From Balanoglossus misakiensis (Eukaryota > Animalia > Hemichordata), in NCBI GenBank assembly GCA_040954595.2, contig CM082581.2, positions 14,189,350-14,253,349 on the forward strand: a stretch of DNA of 64,000 nucleotides. The letters run 5' to 3'. Positions 50,146 to 62,522 of the stretch are shown piece after piece. The notes under the pieces were generated by a model. It made no database searches. It saw nothing but the letters and a program-made list of their open reading frames with translations, and was not told the DNA's origin. Numbering within the stretch: the stretch's first letter is position 1; every line of letters starts with the position of its first letter. Both the position numbers and the translations under genes were made by a program.

Positions 50146-53100
50146 ATGGCGTCTGTGAGAGAGAGCGACACAAGTCTGTGGCTTCATAACAAACTTGGTG
50201 ATAACGACGATCTGTGGTCCGGAATTAGCAATTTTAGTTCTCAACTAAATCGAGATGTCTTACAGAATATTCAGTCATGTTTCCTGGCGGCGCAGACTCA
50301 AGTGAAACTCAAGTTGTTGTTATCGTTTCTGCACATGCATCGCAGAAACGTGGAAGAGGTAAGATGCTTTTCTCCGGCGATAAGCTTTAGAGATTTCCTG
50401 AATGTAGCCATCGTGAGTTCATTAAAGGTCAATTTTGACAGATACTAAGATAAGTCTACAAATTTTTTTGCATGAGAATAAAGTGATCGGATTGACGATT
50501 TCCGCCTGTGTCAACAGTCACGAATACCGCGCTAATGTTGACACACACATTACAGTGAATGGTGATAGCTGTCACATCCGTATGACTGCATGGTCTCTCT
50601 AGCTATGTGCTGATCAAATAGATGACGCCAGACACGAATCGTGTTAGTGCAAACCTCATCTCAAGTGAATTTGAATATTACGCTGGCGACTTTGTACGTT
50701 TTCTCCCCCAATCTTCATTTCCGAACCCACATGTCGCTTTGTTTTGAGTACGTGTTATAGCGCCCTCAATGTGAGACTTGTCTGAAAAAATCTCTCCGGT
50801 GAATTCGATTTAGTTGCAGGCCGAGCTGGAAGATATTATCGAACAAGCCTTACAAGATGACGACGAGTGGGTTCGAATCATTGCGGATATCTTGAAAACG
50901 TATCCATCCACTGGCAGGCTAAACCTATCCATTGAACACAACCATCCTACTGTCGCTGATGCTTTGGTAGAACTCAGGCGGATAGGTTAGTCAATAGCCC
51001 TTGGGATTGGCTCTTTTACTGTGTTTCTCAGAATCATGCCAAGTTTGTGTTCTAACATGGCAATAATTCTCTTGCCTTCAAACAATTTAGTTTCAGAAAC
51101 AGACCCATCCTCTTTTCTGCCAATGGAGTGCCAATTTCTGAACAGAAATGCCTTAACTCAACTGGTAGGACTACAGCCACCTCCTGTCAAACACTTTGCT
51201 TTGAAGCGGAAACCCAAGTCAGCTACTCTCAGAAGTGAACTGCTTCAAAAATGTAAGTTTTTCAATAGTGGAGGAATATATATGTATAGTCATTTACTCA
51301 GTGAATTGGGAAATGCTTCAAGACACATCTGTTAGTCTCTGTATCTGGGGCATTGCTATTGGTTGCCTAAGTGTTCACAATATACATGTATTGATAAAGG
51401 TCAAACAGCAACTTGATTTGATTACTTCCCAGCTCTTGAAGCTCAAGCATTACAGAGGAAACAAGGTCACAGTACACCAGTAGCTGCCAAAGCCAGATCA
51501 CTAGCCAAGAAAGCAGACAATCATAGTAAGTATGGCATTTTAACCTTTTCACCAACATGGTTTGGTCTAAATCCATTGTTGTCCATAGCAAATTGGATTT
51601 ACACAGAGGTGAAAAGAAATATTACATATTCAATGCAAGTATGATTCATGGATTCTGATATTTTCTCTTTTTCTCCCGCTTACTTTTTCTGTAGCTCCTC
51701 TAAGAGGAATCCCGAAGACCACACCCACATCAGGATTCCGTTCCCATGCCAACTTGAACAGAAGTACTCCACTGAACAGATCACTGTCAATGCAGAAAGA
51801 GCGAGGAACAAAGGTATGTACATCCAGACATGTAACTGATTTTGGAGATGGGAGGTAAAGACAAGTGTTTACAGTGTTTCATCCAGACTTCAATTATACG
51901 TTAATAAGAAATGTTTATTGTGTGTAGTTACTAGATATTAATGAGCAACCAATGGGAGGAGGCAGAGAAGCGAAGAGAAGAAAGAAGATGCAAGGTTAGT
52001 GGTGACTTTATCATGGCAAGGTTTAATAAACGATATCACTAATGATTGTGCAAGGCTGGAAACCAACCCAGAAAGCTGTGATGTCATCATAATTTGTGCT
52101 CACAATTTTCTTTGTCACAGAAATCGATGCCATGCAGGAACAGATGAAGAAAGACAAGGAAGCTCCCCCAGCCACCCCAGAATATGCCGCAAGTCTCATG
52201 ACACCTGCAGTTCAGGTCAGTGTTGTGAAATTTCACCTTACATGGTGTTTTTACATTATGTACTGGTACTTTCTACTCCTTGTGAGATCAAATGTGCAGT
52301 GTATACTAATACATGTGATACCATTGTTACACTTACAGAAGTCTGGAGTAGCAGCCACATCGTCAACAGCCACACCAACACCATCCTATGTTCCAGGATC
52401 CAATAAACCAGCAACAACATCACTCCTTGCCAATATAGGTAAAGTTGGACTGTTTCAATTGTAGATTTCTTTGCCTGTAGACATAAAAGGTTCTCCACAC
52501 TCCAGCCACAGTTACTGTCTTCTTTCAGCCAGTTCAGGATAGTCAAAACTTTTGCTTTTGCAGGACAATCAACCCCACCATCTGTCAGAGATGCCAGGGA
52601 AAACCTACAGCAACAGTTGCAGCAACAACTCCAGCAGTCGCAGCCGCTGCGACCGCAGACAACAGTGACAGCGCAACTCACACAGCAACCAGCACAGCAA
52701 CAGACGGCAACAATTGTCCAAGCTCCACAGCAGCCAACTGTAGCCGTGGCTGTGGCAACGACCGGTGCAGCTACTGCTACAGTTACAGCACCTGCAGCAG
52801 CAGCAGCAGCAGGTGCTGCAGCAGGTCAACCTGCAGCCAAGAAAGGCTTGTCACTTACTGTGAGTATTTTCACCCCCATTTTCCTGTATAGAAATTCAAC
52901 ACTGTTATGAAGAATAAAAGAGATGGGCAAAACCATGGTGGTGGAAGGGTTTACATGTATGGACCCCCACATCGTCATTACAAGGGAAATTTATCTTCAC
53001 AATGGGCCTTCTGCAGAAGAAAATATTGCATGAATGACCGTAATCTATACATAACGTTCGTTTCCTGCCTTTGTTTACAGAGGGAACAAATGTTGGCAGC

Positions 53101-53468
53101 ACAGGAGATGTTCAGATTATCGAACAAAGTTACCAGACCAGAGAAGGCTTTGATTTTGGGATTTATGGCTGGCTCAAGAGGTAATGTCATGTCTCTGTTT
53201 AGTGTGCCATATACATGTTGTTTTTGAAGTCGTGTCTCTTGACTAGAATGAAGACAGCTTTGTATGGAGGACTGAAGAAAAACTGAAGTTTTCTTTCTCT
53301 TTTCCTCCAGAAAATCCATGTCCACAGCAAGGAGACGTGGTCACAATCAAACTCAGTGAAAACCTTGAGAATAACAGCGATGGAATACCTGTGACCGTGG
53401 ACAGCTTCTTTGAAATGAACTACAGCACCGGCCAGTGGAAACGTTACAAGACCCAGAGACTGTTGTAG
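50146..53468 (+). CDS. NELFA: Negative elongation factor A, 11 exons, 524 aa
   Basis: Exons 50146-50358, 50814-50985, 51091-51252, 51433-51525, 51695-51813, 51928-51994, 52121-52215, 52339-52438, 52564-52859, 53081-53180, 53311-53468; all GT-AG, 1575 nt in frame. Diagnostic peptides MASVRESDTSLWLHNKLG, VKLKLLL, KHFALKRKPKSATLR, GREAKRRKK, LSLTREQM..AQEMF..SNKVTRPEKALILGFMAGSRENPC. Confidence 0.97.
51540..51614 (+). mobile_element. Degenerate ~90-bp TTAA-CCCTT MITE copy (piggyBac-like), in NELFA intron 4
   Basis: TTAACCTTTTCACCAACATGGTTTGG...GAGGTGAAAAG; same family as 61059. Confidence 0.65.
52867..52953 (-). mobile_element. Degenerate TTAA-CCCTT MITE copy, in NELFA intron 9
   Basis: TTTTCACCCCCATTTTCCTGTATAG...AAACCATGGTGGTGGAAGGGTTTA; reverse of the 61059 copy. 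Confidence 0.7.
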
Positions 53469-53751
53469 AGAGAAAAATCGGCTCAAAAGGACAGAGACTT
53501 TTCTTCTTGAAAACTGACTAAAAGTATTCAGATTTAAGAGGAGAACTTGTCGTAAAGGCCAAATGGCCGAGAGACCAATATATGAATACACTGGATCCCA
53601 CAGCATTGCACTGGGAAAGTGGATGCTGTGTTCCATTACCACAGGATTGGCATTGACCGCTTTATGCTACAATGTATTAAACAGTTTTGTTATTTATTTT
53701 CTCTTATGATACAAAGTGAGAAAGATCTTAGTCATGCACTGTAATTCAGAG

Positions 53752-53757
53752 AATAAA
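53752..53757 (+). terminator. Likely NELFA polyadenylation signal
   Basis: AATAAA ~285 nt after the stop, followed by GT/T-rich sequence. Confidence 0.55.
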
Positions 53758-54087
53758 ATGTGTCTATCAGAGATTTGTAATAGCTGTTTGTTTTATGTAG
53801 AACATCATTCATATACACAACACAACAGTGAAAGAATTCTTTCCTGGTAGCAATATCTGCATGGTATATATTCTTGGACTTGGAACTCGTGAATCATCTT
53901 GATGGGAATTTGTGCATGCACAAGAGTGATGCAACGTAGCAATGCGACAGTTACGTTTCATCGCTGGTGTGTACTATACATGTACATTGGACAGTTACAT
54001 GCATTGTACTCTCCTTATCTAAACAACGCTAGAGATGGGGGCGTAAATATTACAACAAGAGCCAACAGGTGACCACACCAAAACATC

Positions 54088-55263
54088 ATGGCAGACGAGT
54101 TCCATTTACCTGTCAACTCCGAGCACCCCCCACTCCTACTTTCTACCTGGGGTCAAATCTACCGCTACTTTGGTGAACGTGAATTTCTCCTGTTCTCGCT
54201 TGGTAAGTAAAGTTTTGTCTAAACCGTCACCACAATGATACCTGAAAAGGGAACTGCGGTTGACCTACATTTTGCTCTGCAGGTAAAGCGGATGCGTTTG
54301 TGTTTGATAGCAAGAAAGCGGAGTTTAACAAGTTTAACAAACGCACTTATGCAGATTTTGATAAATCTTATAGGATTCTCTCCCACTTTGCTTTGTCGTA
54401 CCTATGTACTATCACAGGAACATGGCGGTAACTACGTACTGGGTTACAAATCTTGCACTACTGTGTATGGACCTAACGGGTAAGCCAAAGTTCCTGACCA
54501 GATACAAAGTCCAAAAAGACAAAAACGCACCGGTAGGTAGATATATTGTCACGTGACTCAATCAACGCTAGCTCTGCCGTCAGATTTGCGATGGCCATAG
54601 AACTAGTACAAAACCCATATCTACTGTGATTTAAAAAAAAACATGCCTTATGCGTAATAAAATCTTCCCATACTGAGTTTGATAAGCTTATCAAAACAGC
54701 ATTTTGAGGTTTAACAATGAAACTCACACCATCGCGATCTTACTCTTTTTCCACAGCTTGACCCGACCCTCCTACCCAAAGTCTTCGCGACATGTTTCAT
54801 CAATATGACGATTGTGTTACCCGTTATGGCCTGCGGGTACTACGCGGCCTGTAGATGGCGCGGAGTTAGCTGTGGCTACGACGTTCCCTCCGTTCCCAGA
54901 ATCCTCCTCGATTTGCTGGTGGCAGTCAATGTTGATGAAATCCTATTCTATTACTCACACCGGTTAGTTATCACCATGGAAATTATTTCATTTTCAAAAT
55001 TTCTGTTGCCCGTGGAGATATTTTGGCAAAGTCACTGTCATGCCGTAAATGCACTTACCGATTATCTTGCTGGCTTGATTTGATCGGTATTCTTTAACAC
55101 TGTTCTTTTTCGGTTTGGTTCAAAGAACACCTTTAAAACTGGCCAATTTCGCCATTTTTCCAGGCTTATCCATCACCCGTACCTGTACAAATTGATCCAC
55201 AAGAAACATCATGAGTGGACGGCTCCGTTTGGTCTGAGTATTCGCTCGCGTACATTCAACTAG
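54088..55263 (+). pseudogene. Disabled FAXDC2-like paralog
   Basis: Exons 54088-54202, 54418-54532, 54757-54962 and 55164-55236 align to exons 1-4 of the downstream copy. Exon 2 lacks 7 nt (ACA TGG CGG TAA, an immediate stop). Exon 4 breaks off after HKKHHEWTAPFGL into unrelated sequence (stop at 55261); the third His box and exon 5 are absent. Confidence 0.88.
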
Positions 55264-56430
55264 GCAACTGGCCATTGATCTCAGTTACAAGACGTACAAC
55301 AACTGTAAAACGATTCTCTGAAAACTGGCTATGACAATTCGGGTGATGGCACATTGTGCATGGAAAATAAACTGTAAACTCACAATACAAACAGTGTCCG
55401 CAGTCCTCCTCAGAATGGTGACCAAGTAATTGCCGCTGTCGGTCGAGTGCTGATGTCGGTGCTGGCTGCATGTACTTGCTTGAGACTGCACACGCTAACA
55501 ACAACGGCCTGGTTGTGACGCACGTAGAAGGGCTTGGTAACTTGAAGGAAATGTCTACTTTGACCGATGGCTAGCTGGGTTGAAATGTCCAAAACACTGG
55601 CAACTGACGCTGGCAACTGACTCTGCACACATAGGCTAAGTAGAACGGTGACTCTGGACACGAGTGAAAACGGGATACAGGTTTCGCAGATCATAACCAT
55701 GACTTGGTCGTGCGCTCTTGTCACAACTGCTATCTCGAAGCTGATTGGTGCACCCGCTGAAAAAAGAACAGATGTAGCACTTGCAATATGCAGATTCATA
55801 TGACCTCTCAAACTCAGCACCGTACACCTGCCGTTCACCCATTACTATTACTATTCAATATTCATACTTTGGGCCAGTTTAAATTAAATGCGTCTTTCAG
55901 TGTTTAGAACTATTAAAAATGAATATTATTTTGCTTTTATTGAACGCCTTTCTTTCCTGTGCGTGTTTTGTCGCTGCTCTAATTGCTCATGCCTTTGTAA
56001 TAATTTGTCGAATAAATATCATTGTCACTTCAAATGTTTTACTCATTAACTACCTCTTTATATACTTATATATTGCCTGAAATATTTGCTGAACATAGTA
56101 TTTAGACAACAAATTACTTCCGATCGCCTGATTCTGATCAGTCATAGGCCTACATGATAAAAGAAACGCCAGATCAGCAAGCTTGTTTCGAAAACAAGTA
56201 ATCCACCGTACATGTACTAGTTACCTTTAACCTTTAACATCACATCAAATCAGCTGACAGTGAACGTTCCAGGTGTATGTATTTTAAATCAAGGACGTAC
56301 CACAGAGATATCATCATTACGATACGACTGTCTCTGTACATATAGACATTGGACTATTGAGCTGGCGATCAGCTAGGTTGTTTTCTGCGGGCGCGATCTT
56401 TTGCCGGGAGCGTTTCGCTCGGACTACGCA

Positions 56431-58048
56431 ATGGATTCGTCTTTTATTGCAAATGTGACGAAACCACCGTTTCTCCTCTCCACCTGGAGTAGAATTTACC
56501 ACTTGTTCGGTGAAAATGACATGCTTATGTTTTCTCTGGGTAGGTACATGTATGGAGTTTTAAAATCGCTAGTATATACTGCATTTAGAGGATACATGAT
56601 CAGGCCTAATCTCAATATATGCACCGACATTGTCGGCCAGAATCAGGGTTGTTTGCTGTTCCGCCAATTGATCGTCTGAGCTGCTCTGGGATATACTTGA
56701 TCATAGTCTGTATCACGGGAGAAGGTTAACCTCCATGTTACGTACGCTTCTGTATCGCATAAATTGTATTATTTTTTTCTATTTTGGTTCAGCGACGTGG
56801 TTGGTTGCTATAGTAACATATTGGGTTACCAACATGGCTCTTTTGTACATCGACCTGACGGGGAGACCAAAGTTCCTCTCCAGATACAAAGTGCAGAAAG
56901 ACAAGAATGCGCCGGTAAAATCACTATAGCAACTGTTCTTTGTATTTTTGTTAACAACTGAGAAGTATAACTGGTGAAATTTATGTAGTATACTTTCACT
57001 TGCGATATGTTAAAGATATATGGTAACCTATGCAAATTTAGCCACAGTTACCATGGAAAATTTAGCCAATGACAGATGTTCCTTTTATTTCAGCTTGATC
57101 CCAAGCTTCTTCCAAAGGTCTTCAGTACAGTCTTCATCAATATGATGGTCATACTGCCTGTGGTGTCCTACACAACGTACATGTTGAGCGTCTGGCGTGG
57201 CATGAGCTGCGGTTATGACGTGCCTTCTGTTCCAAGAATCATTTTAGACATTCTCGTTTCTGTTATATGGGAAGAGGTGCTGTTTTATTACTCTCACAGG
57301 TATGGGACTATATCCACGCTTTTTGATATGTGTATGTATATTACACATGGGATAATTTCCAAAACTGGCAGTTATATTCTTTTTACATGCAACGGGACCT
57401 CATCGAGAAATGAAAGATTTGGACCAAACCATGGTGGTGAAAGGGTTTACGTCATCTTTCGCTTTATTTCAGACTTATCCATCACCCATATCTGTACAAA
57501 TGGATCCACAAGAAACACCACGAGTGGACAGCGCCGATTGGCTTAGTGTGCGTCTACGCTCACCCAATCGAATTCATCTTATCAAACGCACTGCCGATAT
57601 TCGTCGGACCTTTCTTCATGAAGTCGCACTTGATGACGATGTGGATTTGGTATTTCCTGGCGTTGACCGGAACAAGTGTTCATCACTCTGGCTATCACTT
57701 CCCTTTGACACTTTCACCTGAATTCCACGACTTCCATCATTTGAAGTGAGTAAATACATCAATATCTACCTGCGTTTGTGCTTTCATACTCAAATCTTAT
57801 ATATACTAGTATACATGTACATACATCTGTACATGTACACGTGTAGTTATTCTAAACACTTATTGTTTGCCATTTTCAGGTTCAATTACAACTTCGGTCT
57901 TATTGGATTTCTGGATTGGATACATGGCACCGATAGTCTGTTTCGGAAGAACAAAGCTTCACAGAGAAACAAGATTCTGTTCGGATTTACCCCACTTTCT
58001 GTCAGTATACCCGAAGATAATGAACTGAGTCAGAAGAAAACTCACTAA
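56431..58048 (+). CDS. FAXDC2: Fatty acid hydroxylase domain-containing protein 2-like (sterol desaturase family), 5 exons, 292 aa
   Basis: Exons 56431-56539, 56793-56914, 57094-57299, 57473-57745, 57880-58048 (879 nt, GT-AG). DLTGRPKFLSRYKVQ, FYYSHRLIH, HKKHHEWTAPIG, HSGYHFP..SPEFHDFHHLKFN.NFG..G.LDW.HGTD carry the di-iron His boxes. Confidence 0.94.
57415..57449 (-). mobile_element. Terminal fragment of the TTAA-CCCTT MITE
   Basis: GATTTGGACCAAACCATGGTGGTGAAAGGGTTTA in FAXDC2 intron 3. Confidence 0.7.
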
Positions 58049-58933
58049 TTCAATCCCATGACTTTACTTCCACACAAGGAAATGATTACAGCCATAGAGA
58101 TCCGCGTATGTTTTTCTCCCTAAAAGTCCAGTTGCAATATGGACTTATACCGGACTCAATGCATAACTATTAAAGTAATTTAATCTACGTTCAACAATAT
58201 TAGGAAACCCCCGTTATGATAAGTGTATATTTCCGCCTTTCACAAGAGGCAGACTTCCGCTTTGAAATTTAACTTACCCTTCTGAATATGGGTCAACGGA
58301 ATATAACGTAAGTGACAATATTCATTTTAAAAAAAACGTTCAAAATTCCTGGAGTTTTTGAATAGACTAAGGTAGATTTAGGAATAATGTATATAAAACT
58401 TTAAGGGTGGTCATACCCCATTTTGCAGGACGCTAGCGCTGGAGATATGCGCGAAGTGTTTAGGGACGGCATGACCGAAATACCGGAAGCACACACCTAT
58501 ATTTTTTTCTCTTCCCTTGTTTTATCGAGCTTTCGCATCCACGCTTAGCTTCCTCTTTTATCCAACCGCATAGACAAAATTAAATTTACAAATAAAATAA
58601 TTCACTAGTAAACAGATAACAACACGGAAATGTAATCATAGGTGAATGGAATAGACAAGATATGTGCTCGCGGAGTAACGCCCACTCCTATTGGACCGAA
58701 GACTCTACCGAAACTGGTTCTGAGTAATCGCTGTCGATAGGCGGTGAGCACACCATTGACAAAAGTTGATGACGTCATCACATGTATGTATTTATACCAC
58801 TGGTAATTTCCTTCTGCCAAACAGTTAGGCTCCAGTTCTTCCATCTTACGGAACAACATAACCTGTTGGTTGGCAAACACTTCAGACCACCGATTTACGA
58901 TTTCCTTGAGTGAAATCGACCGCGTCAAGCGAC

Positions 58934-60772
58934 ATGGCTACGTTCTACCTCTTGTCGAGTTTTGCAGTAGTTTTCTTATTTTCCCTCGGTGGGAGTCACG
59001 CATACCCGGCGAGTGCTAAGCTCGAAGACACGCTCTTAGAAGCCATCAGCGGCAACGATATAGTGAAGCCGGCTTTCAGCAACTGTGGTGAGTACATACA
59101 GCAGCGCTCTGACAGAGCGAACAATCGTTGAGGTAATCACCTTGTCCCCATAGAAAAGCTTCACGGAAGTAAGACAACTGAATTGTGGTTGAATTTTTGA
59201 GATAGCCGCATCTCGTAAACTTTCATGTGACCTATCATGTACATATCTGCGGAATTTGAATTTGCCGTAAGCCTGGCCACATATGCCTACCCTTCAATAT
59301 CAACTATAACCCATGACGACATTTTGACGGAAGCATCTGCAGCTTATTATTCTTATAAAATCACTATAATTCTCTATGGGATTTACTTGAATTTGACATT
59401 GTGTATGAATTTGTCTTTTCTGTTTTAAGGAGCTGATTTGAAAGTTAAAAGAGAATGTATTCTCACTGCGCGCAGTTTGTTTTCGAAGTTATCTGTAAAT
59501 TATCGTTTGGCCTTTCTTTCTTTCTACCGACAGGTCCGAAAGAAACCGAGATGAATATCACCTTTGTTGGCACTGAAAGACATACGAGTCGGCGCTTTCA
59601 TGACGGAATAAGATTGATATATTCAGTGGATTTCACTTGGTGTAAGTGCAAACACTTCTATTTGATATGAAATTGACTGTATTGCAGGTTAAGACGACTT
59701 TTCTAGTCGGATGGTATAATTTAAAACTGAAGTGTGGGCATGGAACTACTGCGGGTGCGCTGAGGAAATGTCGAGTAAAGCGTTTAAACTGAAAACAATA
59801 TTCGAGTATTCTAAACACACACGTAGGTTCCTGTTTTGTTACTATAAAATTGATCATAATATGCCACTTACTTTCTCCTTTTTCGCAAATGCAGCGCACG
59901 ATTTGACAGAAGGCAGCGCTGAGTCTTCCCTATACCGCAACGGTGACCTCTATTTCCAGATGAAGAACTTCGATTTCTGCCAACAGTTAGAAGACTCTAC
60001 AAACCAGGAGCTCAGCTGTCCGTTCAAGAAAGGGGGTAGGTCTGATGGAGAATTATCAAAAGAACAAGACTTATAGTTTTAAAGTGTTTACAGTCTATCA
60101 AATTACAACTTTTAATGATATTCTTTTTGGCTTGCTTTATTCTTGTGGTCCTGTTGACTCTGAAAGTATTGGTCTATGTTTTAAAAATGACTTGGGGGAT
60201 ATCTGACAAGTTAAAAGAGCCTTCCTGGTCAAGATACATTATTCTTTTTTGAAACTCAATTGCAGATAGAATCCAAACTGAGTTGAAGTTTGAACTATAC
60301 CATTACTGGGGATCCGTAAGTACATATAAACGAGCAATCACAGCAAAAGTCCATCTCAAAAACTAAAAAAGACTTCACTGAACCAACTTTTAGAGTCACA
60401 ACTCTAAAAGTTGGTTCAAAAAAGTTATGTTTGAACATTTTTGGCCTACCGTTCTCACACGGCTCATACAAAATAACGACGTCTCATTCACGCGAACCTC
60501 CTCAGAGTTCAGTGGATCGCATGTGCAGTCAGACGACCCAAATTTAAGTTTTAACGAGAGCTAAGGTGTCACAGGTTATTATAATTAATACAAGTAGAAC
60601 ACTAAGCGGTCACATGCATAAAGTTAATACGTCATGTTACATATCGTCATAATTCGAACTTATCAGTTGCTGTGGACATTTCTTTCAGGGATATTACCAT
60701 GGAAACACCACACTGAAAAACGAGCATGGAGAGATGGTAGCTTGCACTGAAATGGATTTCAATAACGTTTAA
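58934..60772 (+). CDS. Secreted ML-domain (MD-2/NPC2-related lipid recognition) protein, 5 exons, 178 aa
   Basis: Exons 58934-59087, 59534-59641, 59895-60035, 60266-60315, 60689-60772 (537 nt, GT-AG, phases consistent). Signal peptide MATFYLLSSFAVVFLFSLGGSHA; ML-type motifs FSNCG, FDFC..L, SCPFKKG, GYYHG..TLKNEHGEMVAC. Confidence 0.85.
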
Positions 60773-61058
60773 GCTTACTGATGTCACAGTCATAAAAGCG
60801 CACGCTACGAAAATGCGATCTATTCTCGGTTAATCAGAAATTGGGAAATCGTGTACCTTTTTATATTAGAGTTGAATGGTTTCGATTTTGGATAAAGATA
60901 GACCAGATGTGTGTTTATTTCAAAAAGTAGTCCTTGCATTTCAAGTTGAACACCAAACTTCCAACAATGAGTTCGAACGAACACTGAATATTTGTCGAGC
61001 AACTCTTTAAGTTGTCAACATTGCAGACTGTAGAAGTACGGTACAACCCGAAATCTTG

Positions 61059-61145
61059 TTAACCCTTTCACCACCATGGTTTGACCGAAGTCCATAGTTT
61101 TCAATCATGGTCAAGTTGGACCTCTATACAGGGAAATGGCGATGA
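61059..61145 (+). mobile_element. TTAA-CCCTT MITE copy (piggyBac-like)
   Basis: TTAACCCTTTCACCACCATGGTTTGACC...CTATACAGGGAAATGG; TTAA followed by CCC is the piggyBac-type terminus. Confidence 0.7.
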
Positions 61146-61557
61146 TTCAGCCCATTACACAAATAACAAAATGCGAGTTTTATCATAATAATGTCAATTT
61201 ATATCAATAGAAAATAAAATCCAATTCATTTAAATAAATAAAAAGTGTAACATTACAACATAGTACGTTTCTAAATGTATAATCGTGATGTCTTCAATAC
61301 TACTCATTTTGATTCTTTTACAAAACATTTAAATCGTGAAATTATTCAAAGTATTTCAAAATAGGTGGCAATCTGATTAAAATCAGATGTAGGGTAGGAA
61401 TTCTAATTATATATTTTGATAGTACTGTAATATTTCACAATTTTTTTTTCAAATCCTCTAATAAAAAAGTGAAGTGGGTATAATAATCTTTGGCACATTG
61501 CATTTTGCTTGCAAATTTCGAGAATTGTTTGCAATAATTCATTGCTCTATCACTGTT

Positions 61558-61682
61558 ATACATCTATCTACCTATCGATCGATCTATCTATCACCCTATT
61601 ACTCTCTCGCCAACCTATCCACCCGTCCGTCTATTCATCTATCTACTAGTATCTTCCATCTGTCAGTCTGTCTGTCTGTCTA
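61558..61682. repeat. Degenerate (ATCT)n/(GTCT)n microsatellite
   Basis: ATCTATCTACCTATCGATCGATCTATCTATC...GTCTGTCTGTCTGTCT. Confidence 0.8.
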
Positions 61683-61710
61683 TTTTGAGTGATCACTGCA
61701 TCGGCCCATA

Positions 61711-62332
61711 CACCCAATGCTAACCTCGCGAACGCACAAGGTTTCAAATGAAATCGCGGAAGTGCAGAAAATGACCAGACGACAGTATGAGACAACGCGA
61801 CGCGAACGTTCATGTCCACGGCTGCCAAGAGAGCAGCGCCCGGCCGTCCGCGTACGTGCAGCCCGTAGTCTCGCTGTGTGACGTCGGCTTCACATGTTCG
61901 TGGACGTCGTAATTTTCCTGATTATATATAAATCTGTCTGTACCAGAGGAACATATACGCTTCAGACAAAATGTCTTGAAGTATATTTCCGTAAACACGA
62001 AACAAACGGATTTTCAGCGTTCTCGCAAGAGGATTAGGCACGTGTAAACATTGTGGACCCAATCGCTCGCTGCTAAAGCACACGAAAAACTACGATATCT
62101 TTCCGATATACAATATTTCAGTCTAAAAACATACATGGGGTACTCACCAGCAAGAGTATCAACGAGTACTTGGTGTCGTGTTATTTAAAAACCTTGTGCC
62201 CATTCGTATTTTGACGATTTGCACGCAAAGCATAGCGTCGTCCATCCTCCGTCGTCTGCATGGTCATTTTCCTCACTTCCGCTCCACGATTTCCCATGAA
62301 ACCTTGCGCGTTCGCGAACTTCGCTTTGGGTG
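61711..62332. mobile_element. ~620-bp non-autonomous DNA element with ~80-bp imperfect TIRs and TA flanks
   Basis: CACCCAATGCTAACCTCGCGAACGCACAAGGTTTCA..GCGGAAGTG..GAAAATGACCA at the left matches the reverse complement of TGGTCATTTTCCTCACTTCCGC..TGAAACCTTGCGCGTTCGCGAACTTCGCTTTGGGTG at the right. TA at 61709-61710 and 62333-62334. Confidence 0.8.
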
Positions 62333-62522
62333 TATTTCTAATATATTTAATTGAACTTTTGGCGACTAATGTTTCTAGGACTAGGCTGAACAAATATTAC
62401 AATTTATCGATGTTTTTTTTGCTACTGTGTAAATCTGTTGCGTATCTAACCCCCTATTTTCAATCAATCAATCAATCAGCACGTTTGCTTTCCTGGATTT
62501 GGCAACCATGGTTTTGGACGAT

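Noticed and set aside
52256-53642. Cys-rich and other minus-strand ORFs
   Set aside because: Antisense to the Gln/Ala-rich and terminal NELFA exons.
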